Part shown: positions 36,942 to 46,754 of the stretch, in pieces
How positions within the stretch are numbered: the stretch's first letter is position 1
Layout: each line of letters starts with the position of its first letter
Origin: a virus
Taxonomy: Duplodnaviria > Caudoviricetes
Length of the DNA: 64,000 bases
IMG/VR virus record: IMGVR_UViG_3300025141_000072
Coordinates: 2,040 to 66,039 of that record
Direction: 5' to 3' (one strand)
Notes under the pieces: generated by a model
What the model was told of the DNA's origin: nothing
What the model saw: the letters and a program-made list of their open reading frames with translations, nothing else
Databases searched by the model: none
Program-made: the position numbers and the translations under genes

Positions 36942-39704
36942 GTGAGCGTGCGTGCGCCGCGGGTGGACCAGAAGGTCGTCGACGCGATGTGTCGCCGTTC
37001 GCTGGCCTTCTTCGCGAGCGAGAAGCTCATCGGCGATCCAGAACCGCCCTTTTCTGGACGCTTCCTCGTCGCCGAACATCATGAGGCGTGGTCGGACCTC
37101 ATCTGCAACTACGATCGCGTCTGCATCGAGGCGGCCCGAGGTCACGGAAAGTGCATGACCGGCGACGCGCTGATCCTACGGTCGGACGGCGCGCTGATCC
37201 GGCACGACGAGTGGCAAGGCGGCGAGGTCTATGCCTACGTGGGCAAGCAGCAGTTCGAGGCCGTCGAAGCGTCAGCCGCGGAAAGCCAGGGATTACAACC
37301 CTGCTTGACCGTGCGTACGCGATCCGGCCGGCAGGTCACCGTGACCACCAACCACCCACTGCTCGTCGAGGGGCGCGGGTGGGTCGAGGCGGCGGACCTC
37401 GTCGTCGGAGACTGTGTAGCGGTGCCTGCTGGTCTGTCCGTCAGCGGCAGCGAGCCGCTGCGGTGCCCCTGGACGTTGGGGCTGCTCATCGGCGACGGCT
37501 CCCTGCAGTCGACGAGCTCGCCGACAGTGACGACCGCCGACCAGGCCGTCGTCTTCGCGCTTACTGATGAGGTCGAAGCGCAGGGGTGGCACCTGAAGAA
37601 GCGAGAACCGCTCGGCTTCGCGCTCATCGCGCCCGGGACGCCGCGCGACTCACGGCCGAAAGCGTGGATTCGCGAGCTGGGCCTCTTGGGTCGGACGTCG
37701 CACACAAAGCGCGTTCCGTCAGCAGTGTTCCAGGCCCCACCCGCAGACGTCGCGGCGTTCTTAGCTGGTTACTTCGACGCGGACGGCTCGGTGAACAAGC
37801 ACGGCGGGGGCGCGCTCGAGTACTACTCGGTGAGCGAGGGTCTGCTCCGCGACGTCCAGCACCTGCTGCTGCGCTTCGGTGTCCGGAGCACGCTGGCGGT
37901 CAAGCGCGGACGTTACCGTGGCGCTGCGCACCTGAGCTGGCGGCTGACCATCCGCGGCGGGTACATCCTCCGCTTCGCTGGCGCGATTCGTCCGCGTGGA
38001 CAGAAGGCCGAAGCGCTTGAAGCGCTTGCGCGCGACCTCGAACCCAAGGTGCGGAGCATCAACTGGAACCAGTGTGCGTACGAGCCGATCGTCGACATCG
38101 AGGACGCCGGTGAGCAGGAGGTCTACGCGATCCACGTGCAGGGCCCGGAGAACTACATCGCCAACGACGTGGTGAACCACAACAGCCACTTCTTTACCCT
38201 AGCGCTTCCCCTATGGGATGCCTTCCGCGTCAAGTCGGCCGGCCTCGACCCACCGGACTGCGTCATCTTCAGTGCGTCGCAGCGGCAGGCGCAGCGGCTG
38301 CTCAAGAAGATCCAGATCCAGCTCGAAACGAACCCGAAGCTCGCGCACCTCCTCCCCGGCGAGCACGAGCGGCAGCAGTGGTCGACGCAAGGCCTCCGGC
38401 TCGCCAACGGCTACACGATCAACGCGAGCGGCTACGGCACGAAGGTCCGCGGTGGTCACCCGCGCCTGATCGTGGTCGACGACGGGTTCAACGACAACAC
38501 GGCCTATTCCGAGCTGGTTCGCGCCAAGGAGATCGACTACTTCTTCCAGGCCATCCGGCCGATGCTGATTCCCGGCGGCAAGATCGCCGTAGTCGGCACG
38601 CCGCTGCATCGCCAGGACCTCTACGCGCTGCTGTCGAAGAACCCGCAGTACGAGTTTCGGCGGTACCCTGCCATTCGGGAGTCGGGTCCGCACGAGGGCG
38701 GGCCGCTGTGGCCGGAGCTGTACTCGATGGATGACCTCCGCGGCATCGAAGAGGAGATCAAGTCGATCCGCTTCACCCGCGAGTACCTGTGCCAGCCCGT
38801 CGCGGATGGCAGCTCCCTGTTCCCCCGACGGCTCTTCGAGGGCGACGGCGTCGAGCAGCCGGACATCAAGCTCGGGATGCCGCTCGAGTTCTGGCAGCGG
38901 CTGGGTGTTCAGTTCACGGCCATCGGCGTTGACTTCGGCCTGAGCAGCTCGGTGTCGGCCGACTACACCGTCGTGTGGACTATGGGCCTGGACTCGGCCG
39001 GCAACCGCTGGATCATGGACATCTACCGGGAGAAGGGCCTCGAATACACCGAGCAGAAGAAGCTCATCGTGCACGCCGCGAAGCGGTACCAGGCCGACCT
39101 GGTCTACGTGGAGAGCAATCAAGCCCAGCGCATCTACGGTGACGAGCTCCGGAACGAGACCGACCTGCCGATCCAGAACCACAACACCGGCGAGAACAAG
39201 CACTCGCAGGTGAAGGGGCTCCCGGCGCTCCGCGTGCTGCTTGAGAACAAGAAGTACCGGCTGCCGCTGGGCGATGAGCGCAGCCGGAAGCTCGTCGGCG
39301 CCTGGATCGAGGAGATGCAGGGCGTCACGGTGCAGATGGGCAAGGTGGTCAGCCTGGCCGAGCACGACGACCTGCCGATGGCCAACTGGATCTGCGAGCG
39401 CGCGTTCGCCGATACGCCCTTCGACTTCAGCTTCGGCGAGGAAGAAGGGGACCGCGAGGCGTTCGACGAGCTGATGCGCGACATCGCGGGCACCGGCGAC
39501 CCGGCCGACCCCGACTACATCGAGGACGACGCGTTCGTCCTCGGCACGCAGCCGGCTGGACGCGGCCGGCCGCCGACGATCAACGCCCGTGCGGTCGACG
39601 GCAACCCCGAGGACGTGTTGCAGAACACGCAGCCCCCGGCTAAGAACACGGGCTACCCGTTCGGCGCGCCCACGGCCGCGCAGATCCTGGGAGGCGGCTT
39701 CTGA
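36942..39704 (+). CDS. terL: terminase large subunit, intein-containing
   Basis: AARGHGK/S Walker A split by intein; VRGGHP, IVVDD, VGTP, IGVDFG, ADYT, YVESN, HDDLPMA. Confidence 0.95.
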   Translation: MSVRAPRVDQKVVDAMCRRSLAFFASEKLIGDPEPPFSGRFLVAEHHEAWSDLICNYDRVCIEAARGHGKCMTGDALILRSDGALIRHDEWQGGEVYAYVGKQQFEAVEASAAESQGLQPCLTVRTRSGRQVTVTTNHPLLVEGRGWVEAADLVVGDCVAVPAGLSVSGSEPLRCPWTLGLLIGDGSLQSTSSPTVTTADQAVVFALTDEVEAQGWHLKKREPLGFALIAPGTPRDSRPKAWIRELGLLGRTSHTKRVPSAVFQAPPADVAAFLAGYFDADGSVNKHGGGALEYYSVSEGLLRDVQHLLLRFGVRSTLAVKRGRYRGAAHLSWRLTIRGGYILRFAGAIRPRGQKAEALEALARDLEPKVRSINWNQCAYEPIVDIEDAGEQEVYAIHVQGPENYIANDVVNHNSHFFTLALPLWDAFRVKSAGLDPPDCVIFSASQRQAQRLLKKIQIQLETNPKLAHLLPGEHERQQWSTQGLRLANGYTINASGYGTKVRGGHPRLIVVDDGFNDNTAYSELVRAKEIDYFFQAIRPMLIPGGKIAVVGTPLHRQDLYALLSKNPQYEFRRYPAIRESGPHEGGPLWPELYSMDDLRGIEEEIKSIRFTREYLCQPVADGSSLFPRRLFEGDGVEQPDIKLGMPLEFWQRLGVQFTAIGVDFGLSSSVSADYTVVWTMGLDSAGNRWIMDIYREKGLEYTEQKKLIVHAAKRYQADLVYVESNQAQRIYGDELRNETDLPIQNHNTGENKHSQVKGLPALRVLLENKKYRLPLGDERSRKLVGAWIEEMQGVTVQMGKVVSLAEHDDLPMANWICERAFADTPFDFSFGEEEGDREAFDELMRDIAGTGDPADPDYIEDDAFVLGTQPAGRGRPPTINARAVDGNPEDVLQNTQPPAKNTGYPFGAPTAAQILGGGF
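37152..38183 (+). mobile_element. intein with LAGLIDADG homing endonuclease (344 aa)
   Basis: Starts CMTGD, block B TTNHPLL, LGLLIGDGS and FLAGYFDADGS, ends VVNHN followed by Ser. Confidence 0.95.
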
Positions 39705-39805
39705 TGCACATCTGTCCTGAAGAGGTCCTCGCGTTCGTAGCGGCGCTGCCGTTCGCGCGCGTCGCGTGGGCTCGGTGGAGAGCGAGGCGCGCATGCCAAA
39801 GCTGA
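39704..39805 (+). CDS. 33-aa hydrophobic peptide (not in ORF track)
   Basis: MHICPEEVLAFVAALPFARVAWARW...; TGATG overlap with terL, GGAGG RBS. Confidence 0.4.
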   Translation: MHICPEEVLAFVAALPFARVAWARWRARRACQS

Positions 39806-41370
39806 TGCTGCGGAGGTCCCTGGCTTCGATGCGCGGTGCCACAGGCCTGTCGTTGTCGCCGTTCAACCACGGTGAGCGCACGCCGGGCCAGGTCCCGCGA
39901 CGCGACGCGGCCTGGACGCTCGCGCCCGAGGCTATGGAGCTGGCGACTGCGCAGGCGGTGCCCGAGGCGCAGCTGCTCCTGCGGCACACGGCGCCGGTGT
40001 TCCGGGCGAACGACGTCGCCAAGGGCCTGGGCCTCGATCGCGTGCTGGAGAAGCGGCTCGGCGGTATGGTGAAGGACGCGATGCACAGCGCGGTCAACGA
40101 GGCCGTGTTCCGTCAGGACCTGATGGGTCGACTCCGAAGCCAGCAGGGCCTCGAGCCCGAGCGTCGGCGCGCGGTCTTCCAGCGCGCCCTCATGTTCTGG
40201 CGAACGCAGGACGGCGGCATGGCGCGCAAACAGTCACAGCGCATGCTCTGCAAGGCCAAGAAGACCGAGGTTCCGGTGTCACCGGCCGTCGAGTCGGCGT
40301 CGGCCAAGCTGGGCATCCCGGAGCACAAGGTCCCCGCGCGCGGCCGCGCCGACCCGGTGCAGCAGGTGATGGGCGACAGCAAGCGCGCGCTGCCACCGGG
40401 CGCCGTGCGCGTCCATTACAGCAAGACCCGTGGCGGCTACGTGCGCGCCGAGAAGTTGCCCGACGGCTCGTGGAAGATCTTGGGCAAGGTGCACGACAAG
40501 GACGGCGGCAGCGCTAAGAAGAAGGACTCGCACCCCGAGCTGCACCCGAAGGACGAGCACCCCAGCTCGCCGCCACCTGGCAAGGAACCTGTCCACACGC
40601 GGGACGGCAAGCCGTACCGGCGACACCCGAACCCCCCGATGACCATCGGTAAGGCCGTCGTGTACTCTCGCAGAGGAACGCAAGGAACGGCTTCGGCCGA
40701 GGAGAAGAAGAACATGGAACGCGAAGAGCTGTTCAAGGCGATCAAGAACTTCCAGGTGCCGGCGGCCGATGCACCGGCGTCGGACGACGTCAGCAAGGGC
40801 GAGAGCATGGAGGGCATGCCGTCGCCTGGCGGCGCCGGCGGCACGATGCAGAAGCTCGACAGCAGCGGTCATGAGAAGGACCCCGAGCAGCAGCTGAAGC
40901 CCGGCAAGCCCGAAGGTCACGAGCTCGGCAACGGCAAGGGCTCCGGCGACGGTGGCGGCCTGGGCGGCGCGACCAAGGACGGTGGCGGCATGACCAAGGG
41001 TGTCGAGCCGCGCGCCGATCCGCGGGCGAACTTCCCCGTCGCGATGCCGACGGTGCGCGGCGCGCAGTGGACGCAAGGCCCGGACGCCCGTGTGGCGTAT
41101 AGCTCCGTCGCCGACGAGAAGATCGCCAAGGCGATGGAGGACGGGACGCTGAGCCCTGAGTTCGGGATGCCGGCGCACTCGCCGCTGTACGGCCTGAACA
41201 AGTGCGGCAACTGCGCGACCGGCTTCAGCAAGGCGCTGACGGTGTGCCCCGGCTGCGGGACTGACCGCCTCGCCGGGACGAACGTCTCCGGCCCGCGCGT
41301 CCAGCTCGCCAAGTCGGTGACGCAGCGGCTGACGCCGCCACCCCCCGGCGACCTGCACTTCGAGGACTAA
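39793..41370 (+). CDS. head-associated low-complexity protein with C-terminal zinc ribbon
   Basis: Between terL and portal; repeated hydrophobic-x-K-[ASG]; CGNC...CPGCG. Confidence 0.65.
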   Translation: MPKLMLRRSLASMRGATGLSLSPFNHGERTPGQVPRRDAAWTLAPEAMELATAQAVPEAQLLLRHTAPVFRANDVAKGLGLDRVLEKRLGGMVKDAMHSAVNEAVFRQDLMGRLRSQQGLEPERRRAVFQRALMFWRTQDGGMARKQSQRMLCKAKKTEVPVSPAVESASAKLGIPEHKVPARGRADPVQQVMGDSKRALPPGAVRVHYSKTRGGYVRAEKLPDGSWKILGKVHDKDGGSAKKKDSHPELHPKDEHPSSPPPGKEPVHTRDGKPYRRHPNPPMTIGKAVVYSRRGTQGTASAEEKKNMEREELFKAIKNFQVPAADAPASDDVSKGESMEGMPSPGGAGGTMQKLDSSGHEKDPEQQLKPGKPEGHELGNGKGSGDGGGLGGATKDGGGMTKGVEPRADPRANFPVAMPTVRGAQWTQGPDARVAYSSVADEKIAKAMEDGTLSPEFGMPAHSPLYGLNKCGNCATGFSKALTVCPGCGTDRLAGTNVSGPRVQLAKSVTQRLTPPPPGDLHFED

Positions 41371-41382
41371 AGGACCAATCCA

Positions 41383-43170
41383 GTGGCGGACGACAAAGAC
41401 AGCGGGTCGTTCCGGCGATCTCTGCTCAGCTTCGCGGCCAAGTCGGCCGCCGCTGGATTGGACCGCCTCGAGGACACGCTCTTCAAGGGCGAGGAGGCCG
41501 ACATTGGCGGCGCGGCCGAGGCTGGCGGGTCCGGTCCTCCGGGCGCCGCGGCCAACGCATCGGCCACGCAGGGTGCGACCGTCGTCAAGGGACCGCAGGT
41601 GCTCGGCGGCCTGCCCCCGGAGATGGGGCAGGCTCCACCGTCGACAGGGCTCCGCGACGCGATGATCTCGAAGGCGCAGGCGAACGGCGCGCTTCCCGGC
41701 GAACCGCTCACTGAAGCGCAGGCCATCTACTGGGACCCCTTCGCCCTCGTCGAGCAGCTCGGTTACAAAGAGAAGCCGACCGCCGTCACCTACGGCACGC
41801 TGCAGGCGATGGTCTGGCGGCTGCCGATCCTGCGCGCGATCATCAAGACGCGCGTGGACCAGATCGCCGCGTTCTGCTTGCCGCAGCAGCCTCCGCAAGA
41901 CCCAGGGTTCCGGGTTCGACTGCGCGAGACCAGCCGCACGCCGCAGGTGTACGAGCTTCAAGAGATGCGCCGCATCGAGGAGTGGCTCCTCACGACGGGC
42001 GTCGTGCTCGAGGACCGCCGCGAGCGGCACGGGATGGAGTACCTCGTCCGCCAGATCACCAACGACACGCTGATGTACGACCAGCTCAACCTGGAGGTCG
42101 TCGGCGATCGTAAGGGCCGGCCGTGCCAGTGGTACGCCGTCGACCCCGCGACCGTGCGCTTCGTCGACTCGGCCAAGCTGGCTCCGGAGCACTCGATGGA
42201 CGCGCCGTACTGCGTCCAGATCTACGACAACGTCGTCACCGGCGAGTTCACTCGGCGCGAGATGGTGTTCGGCGTCCGGAACCCACGAAGCGACATCCGC
42301 TCGCACGGCTACGGCACCAGCGAGACCGAGATGATGGTCAACACCATCACCTACTTGCTGTGGGGCATGGAGTACAACGGGCGACAGTTCTCGCAGGGCT
42401 CGATCGCCAAGGGCCTACTCAACATCAAAGGGCCGATGCCCGAGCGCCAGCTCCGCGCGTTTCGCCGGCAGTGGTACCAGATGGTTGCGGGCGTCGAGAA
42501 CGCCTGGCGCACGCCGATCATCAACGCGGAGGACATGGAGTGGGTCGACCTCAACAAGTCGAACCGCGACATGGAGTTCGGCGCCTGGCTCGACTTCCTG
42601 ATCAAGATCGCCTGCGCCATCTACGCGATGGACCCGATCGAGGTGAACTTCAAGTACGGCGGCTCAGGCCAGAAGGCGATGTTCGAGGCCGCCAACAAGG
42701 TCAAGATCGTCGAGTCGAAGGCCAAGGGCCTGCAGCCGCTGCTGAAGTTCGTCGGCAAGGTGTTCAACGAGAACGTCCTATGGCCGAACACCGAAGACTT
42801 CTCGCTCGAGTTCACCGGCTTGTCGCCGATGACGCCGAAGGAGCTCGCCGATCTCGAAACGCAGAAGGTCCGGACGTACGTGATGGTCGACGAGATCCGG
42901 GCGATGCACGACATGGCGCCGCTCGCTGACGGGCTCGGCCAGATCATCGACTCGCCGAACTGGATGGAGGCGCGCCGCGAGCTGCTCCTACAAGAGCAGA
43001 TGGCCGCGGAGCAGGGTGGCGGCGAGAAGAAGCCGGAGTCGTCATCCTCGAGCGCAACGGACTCGAACACGGCGACGCCGGGTACAGCTCCGGGCGGCAC
43101 GCAGCAGCCGCCACCGGCGGTGACCAAGTCGCTGGCGGACGACTCGACCGTCTGGGACATCAGGCTCTAG
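41383..43170 (+). CDS. portal protein
   Basis: AIIKTRVDQ, YDQLNLE, RNPRSD...GYG.SETE, NAWRTPI, RDMEF..W, MDPIEVNF, SKAKGLQPLL. Confidence 0.92.
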   Translation: MADDKDSGSFRRSLLSFAAKSAAAGLDRLEDTLFKGEEADIGGAAEAGGSGPPGAAANASATQGATVVKGPQVLGGLPPEMGQAPPSTGLRDAMISKAQANGALPGEPLTEAQAIYWDPFALVEQLGYKEKPTAVTYGTLQAMVWRLPILRAIIKTRVDQIAAFCLPQQPPQDPGFRVRLRETSRTPQVYELQEMRRIEEWLLTTGVVLEDRRERHGMEYLVRQITNDTLMYDQLNLEVVGDRKGRPCQWYAVDPATVRFVDSAKLAPEHSMDAPYCVQIYDNVVTGEFTRREMVFGVRNPRSDIRSHGYGTSETEMMVNTITYLLWGMEYNGRQFSQGSIAKGLLNIKGPMPERQLRAFRRQWYQMVAGVENAWRTPIINAEDMEWVDLNKSNRDMEFGAWLDFLIKIACAIYAMDPIEVNFKYGGSGQKAMFEAANKVKIVESKAKGLQPLLKFVGKVFNENVLWPNTEDFSLEFTGLSPMTPKELADLETQKVRTYVMVDEIRAMHDMAPLADGLGQIIDSPNWMEARRELLLQEQMAAEQGGGEKKPESSSSSATDSNTATPGTAPGGTQQPPPAVTKSLADDSTVWDIRL

Positions 43171-43179
43171 GAGGCAACG

Positions 43180-43572
43180 ATGCGCGTCGAACACCAGATC
43201 CACGTTCAGATTCACGACGACAGCGACGCGAAGGACGCGTTGTGGGCGCCCGATAAGACGCTGGCCAAAGAGGTCATCACGAACATGCAGCGGATGACCT
43301 CCGGCACGTTCCAGATCGCCGCGGCCGCGACGGAGGTGCTCGCGCTCGGCGACATCACCGCGGTGCGCGCGATCTACATCGAGGTCGACGACGACTTCAA
43401 CGTGGTGTGGAACGGCGGTGACGAGATCTTCAATTACCTACTGGCCGACGCGACCAGCGGCCGCAAGGCGCGTTGCTTCAACGAGATGACCGTGACGGCC
43501 TGCTCGATCACCAACCCGGGCGCGGCGGCCATCAACGGCCGCTACGTGGTGTTCGGAGATCCGACGGCCTGA
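43180..43572 (+). CDS. putative virion beta-sandwich protein
   Basis: Head-module position; RBS GGAGG. Confidence 0.6.
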   Translation: MRVEHQIHVQIHDDSDAKDALWAPDKTLAKEVITNMQRMTSGTFQIAAAATEVLALGDITAVRAIYIEVDDDFNVVWNGGDEIFNYLLADATSGRKARCFNEMTVTACSITNPGAAAINGRYVVFGDPTA

Positions 43573-43907
43573 TGGGGCGGATCATCAACGATCGAATCTC
43601 GCCGCGGCACGTTGAGGCGTGCGTGGACCAGTGCACCGCCGTCGCTTTTCGGCGGCGCGGGCACGACTTCGTCGTGCAGGTCCCGGGTTCCGAGAACACG
43701 CCAGCGATGCACACCGTGAAGCCGTCGTGGGACTACACCATCGACGGCCAGTCGCGGATCATGTGCCTGACCATGGACGTGGAGCAGTACATCAACGCGC
43801 GACGGCGCACGTTGGAGAAGCACAACGGCACGTTGACCAAGTTCGCGCGGATCTCGCTGCAGTACGGCGACGATCTCAACACGTGGCCCTTTGGGCGCAC
43901 GAGGTAG
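43572..43907 (+). CDS. hypothetical protein
   Basis: TGATG coupling. Confidence 0.6.
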   Translation: MGRIINDRISPRHVEACVDQCTAVAFRRRGHDFVVQVPGSENTPAMHTVKPSWDYTIDGQSRIMCLTMDVEQYINARRRTLEKHNGTLTKFARISLQYGDDLNTWPFGRTR

Positions 43908-43910
43908 CCG

Positions 43911-45350
43911 ATGCACTTTCGTCTTGAAGCTGCGCAAGGTGAGTTGCGGTCGAAGGGTCGGCAGCTGGTCAAGGCGATCGCCGATCGGCTCGTCGAAGAG
44001 GACACCGAGCTCGCGAAGGCGCTCCGCGGGCTGGTCGTGCCGATCAAGGCATACGTGACGATTCCGATCCCCGCGCACCTCGCCCTGGACTGGCCGGCAG
44101 ATGGCCGCGTCGGTGAGGACTCGACGCCCCCGCACTTCACGGTGCTGTACATCGGCGAGATCGAACCCCTGCGCCGCAACGCCGTACTGACCGCCGTGCA
44201 AGCGGCCATCGAAGACGTCCCGGGGTTCTCGGCGCAGCTGTCTCGCGGCGTCTCGTGGTTCACGTCGCACGAGGGCAAGGAGATCGCGCATAAGGGCCTG
44301 GTGGCTGGTGCGGCCGAGCTGCGCTGGTTGCACGAGCGCGTGCGTGGTGCGGCAGCTGGTGCTGGCTGCGCGATCAAGCACGCGGGCCGCGAGTTCAAGC
44401 CGCACTCGACTCTTGGGTACCTCGACGCCCGCGACTACCCGCAGAGCTGGCCCATCCCCGAAGGTTCGTTCGTCGTCGACTCGATCGACGTCGGCTTCTC
44501 GGACGGAGACTGCCGGCGCTTCATGCTCGCGGACCCACTGTCCAAGAACGACAGCGACGCGTCGTACAACATCGCGGCCGGCTCCCAGATGGGCGCGCGG
44601 GCGGTGGGGCCTGGTGGCTCCGGACCGAACATTGCGTCGTTCTCGCCAGTCCAGCTCAAGCCGCAGACCTCGGAGCGCATGCGCGAGCGCGTGACCGGTC
44701 AGGTCCGCACCGACGAGGAGCTCGCCTTCGCGCGGCACGCCATGGACGTGCGCAAGGAGGGCATGAAGCTGATCTGGAACACGCCGGACGCCACGAAGGT
44801 GTTCGAGCTGCCGCAGCCGACGCACCGGAGCGACACGGCGCAGAACGCGCTCGACGAGGCGCCGGCGCAAAAGCTCCGGCTCGAGGACAACGCGGACCGG
44901 CTACGCGCGGGCTCTGCCGAGTCGGCGCCGAACCACATGGGCCAGAAGCCAGTCGGTCCGGCGCTGATGCTGCCGGCGAGCTACACGAAGTGCGAGCTGC
45001 CCGCCGACGCGACGCCGTCTGCGGCGCCGACACTCGGCATGAGCGCTGCGGCCCCGAAGCCGCGGAGCGTCTCGTTGAGCGGACCGCTCGGTGTCGGCGG
45101 CACGCACACGGTGAAGAAGCGCGGCATAGGCGAAGTTACACTCGGTCGGACCGAGGTGGGATACACTGTCGCCATGGACGGCTTCGACCTGGTGGAGTTC
45201 GCTTCCTTGTCCGCGGCCTGCGATCACGTGTGGGTGCGGACCAAGGGCTACGAAGACGCCGCGTCCTACAAAGCCGCGCTCGGCGTGAACAAGGTGCCCA
45301 GCGGAGCTGGATGGAAGTTCTGGGGCCTCAAGCGCAAGAGGGCCGCCTGA
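43911..45350 (+). CDS. 2H-phosphoesterase domain protein (2'-5' RNA ligase/Acb1-like)
   Basis: Paired HxT motifs PPHFTVLY and FKPHSTLGY. Confidence 0.8.
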   Translation: MHFRLEAAQGELRSKGRQLVKAIADRLVEEDTELAKALRGLVVPIKAYVTIPIPAHLALDWPADGRVGEDSTPPHFTVLYIGEIEPLRRNAVLTAVQAAIEDVPGFSAQLSRGVSWFTSHEGKEIAHKGLVAGAAELRWLHERVRGAAAGAGCAIKHAGREFKPHSTLGYLDARDYPQSWPIPEGSFVVDSIDVGFSDGDCRRFMLADPLSKNDSDASYNIAAGSQMGARAVGPGGSGPNIASFSPVQLKPQTSERMRERVTGQVRTDEELAFARHAMDVRKEGMKLIWNTPDATKVFELPQPTHRSDTAQNALDEAPAQKLRLEDNADRLRAGSAESAPNHMGQKPVGPALMLPASYTKCELPADATPSAAPTLGMSAAAPKPRSVSLSGPLGVGGTHTVKKRGIGEVTLGRTEVGYTVAMDGFDLVEFASLSAACDHVWVRTKGYEDAASYKAALGVNKVPSGAGWKFWGLKRKRAA

Positions 45351-45616
45351 TGCCCGTGCATGTCCCGACGAAGCTCGTGCTCGACGCCGACAGTCCCGGG
45401 GCGATTCGGTGTCCCGGGTGCCGGAACAAGGCGCTGCAGAAGTCGTCGGACGGTGCCCTGACGCTCCGGCCCAAAGGTCCGGTCCGCTTCGAGGACGACC
45501 GCTGCTTCATGAAGTGCTTCTACTGCGACCGCTCGATCGAGTTGCCGCTAGCGCTCGCCAAGAGCGAAGACGCTGCGCCGGCGCGCGTCGTGCTCCGCAT
45601 GCCCGCGCGGCGCTAA
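45350..45616 (+). CDS. zinc-ribbon protein
   Basis: RCPGC...KCFYC; TGATG coupling. Confidence 0.65.
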   Translation: MPVHVPTKLVLDADSPGAIRCPGCRNKALQKSSDGALTLRPKGPVRFEDDRCFMKCFYCDRSIELPLALAKSEDAAPARVVLRMPARR

Positions 45617-45644
45617 AGCGCCCCTGGGGCGCATTGCGCCCAGC

Positions 45645-45673
45645 TTGACCGGACTCCACTACTACCGTAAGAC
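45645..45673 (+). promoter_or_regulatory. sigma70-like promoter for the protease-scaffold-capsid operon
   Basis: TTGACC, 17 bp, TAAGAC. Confidence 0.45.
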
Positions 45674-45806
45674 CAAAGACCAAGGCTCGGTCGGGAAACG
45701 TCGTTCGCGCGGCAGATTCCGGGAAGGGGCGCATGTGAGGACCTGGCACGGATCCCCACCTGCGCCCCTTTTCTATTTAACCCCGACCCGGCCTGTGGAG
45801 AACGCT

Positions 45807-46754
45807 GTGGATGAGCTCTGGGACGAACTGGTGAAGGGCATGTCGGGCGACGACACGTTCCGCTACTTCGCGCCGCTCTCGTTCTTCGAGAAGGCCAACG
45901 CGCCCAAAGGCGAAGAACGCCGTTTCGGCGGCATCTCCACGACGGACGAGAAGGACCAGGAGGGGGAGAACATCCTCCAACGCGGCCTCGACTTCGACAG
46001 CTACTTCATGAAGAAGGGCTGGTTCAACGACAACCACGCCAAGAACGCCGGCGGCATCGTCGGGTACCCGTCCAGCGTCCAGTTCTTCAAGAAGGGCGCG
46101 CGACTGCCTGACGGTCAAACGGCCAAGGCGAACCTGCACTGGACCGAGGGCTACTTGCTCAACGGCCACCCGCCCGCCGACGCCATCTGGTCGGCCGGCA
46201 TGGCCCTGCAGAAGTCCGGTGGGCGCCGAAGTCTTGGGCAGTCCATTGAAGGCAAGGTGCTTCGGCGGTCAGGGCCGAACAACAAGACGATCGCCCGCGC
46301 GCTCGTGCGCAACGTGGCCATCACACACTGCCCCGTCAACGTGGGCAGCTCGCTCAACTTCCTCGCCAAAGCGCTCGTCGCAGCCGAAGAGGCCGACGGC
46401 GAAGAGAAGCAAGACGGTGACGAGGGCCAGTCCAAGGCGCCGAAGCCAGCGCAGAAGGACGAGAAGATCGCCGCGCTGGCCGTGGGCGCGCCCGGTGGTG
46501 ACGGCGCCCCGGCGACCGGCCTCGGCGAGCAACCTGGGTCTTCGGCCGGGCGCATCCTCACGGCGCAGTCGCTCGAGGGCGACCTGGTCAACACACTCGC
46601 GGAGGGCCGTTCGTCCGCCACACACAAGTCGCTGTCGCGCGGCCAGGCGATGGACCTGATCTTTGCGCGGTTCCCGAGGCTCAGCGCCGCCGAAGCCGGC
46701 CGCATGCTCGACCTCACTTACACGATGAAACAGAAGGGGCTTCTAGCGCCATGA
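45807..46754 (+). CDS. prohead protease
   Basis: GISTTDEKDQEGE.ILQRGLDF, GWFNDNH, LGQSIEG, NVAITHCPVN. Confidence 0.88.
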   Translation: MDELWDELVKGMSGDDTFRYFAPLSFFEKANAPKGEERRFGGISTTDEKDQEGENILQRGLDFDSYFMKKGWFNDNHAKNAGGIVGYPSSVQFFKKGARLPDGQTAKANLHWTEGYLLNGHPPADAIWSAGMALQKSGGRRSLGQSIEGKVLRRSGPNNKTIARALVRNVAITHCPVNVGSSLNFLAKALVAAEEADGEEKQDGDEGQSKAPKPAQKDEKIAALAVGAPGGDGAPATGLGEQPGSSAGRILTAQSLEGDLVNTLAEGRSSATHKSLSRGQAMDLIFARFPRLSAAEAGRMLDLTYTMKQKGLLAP

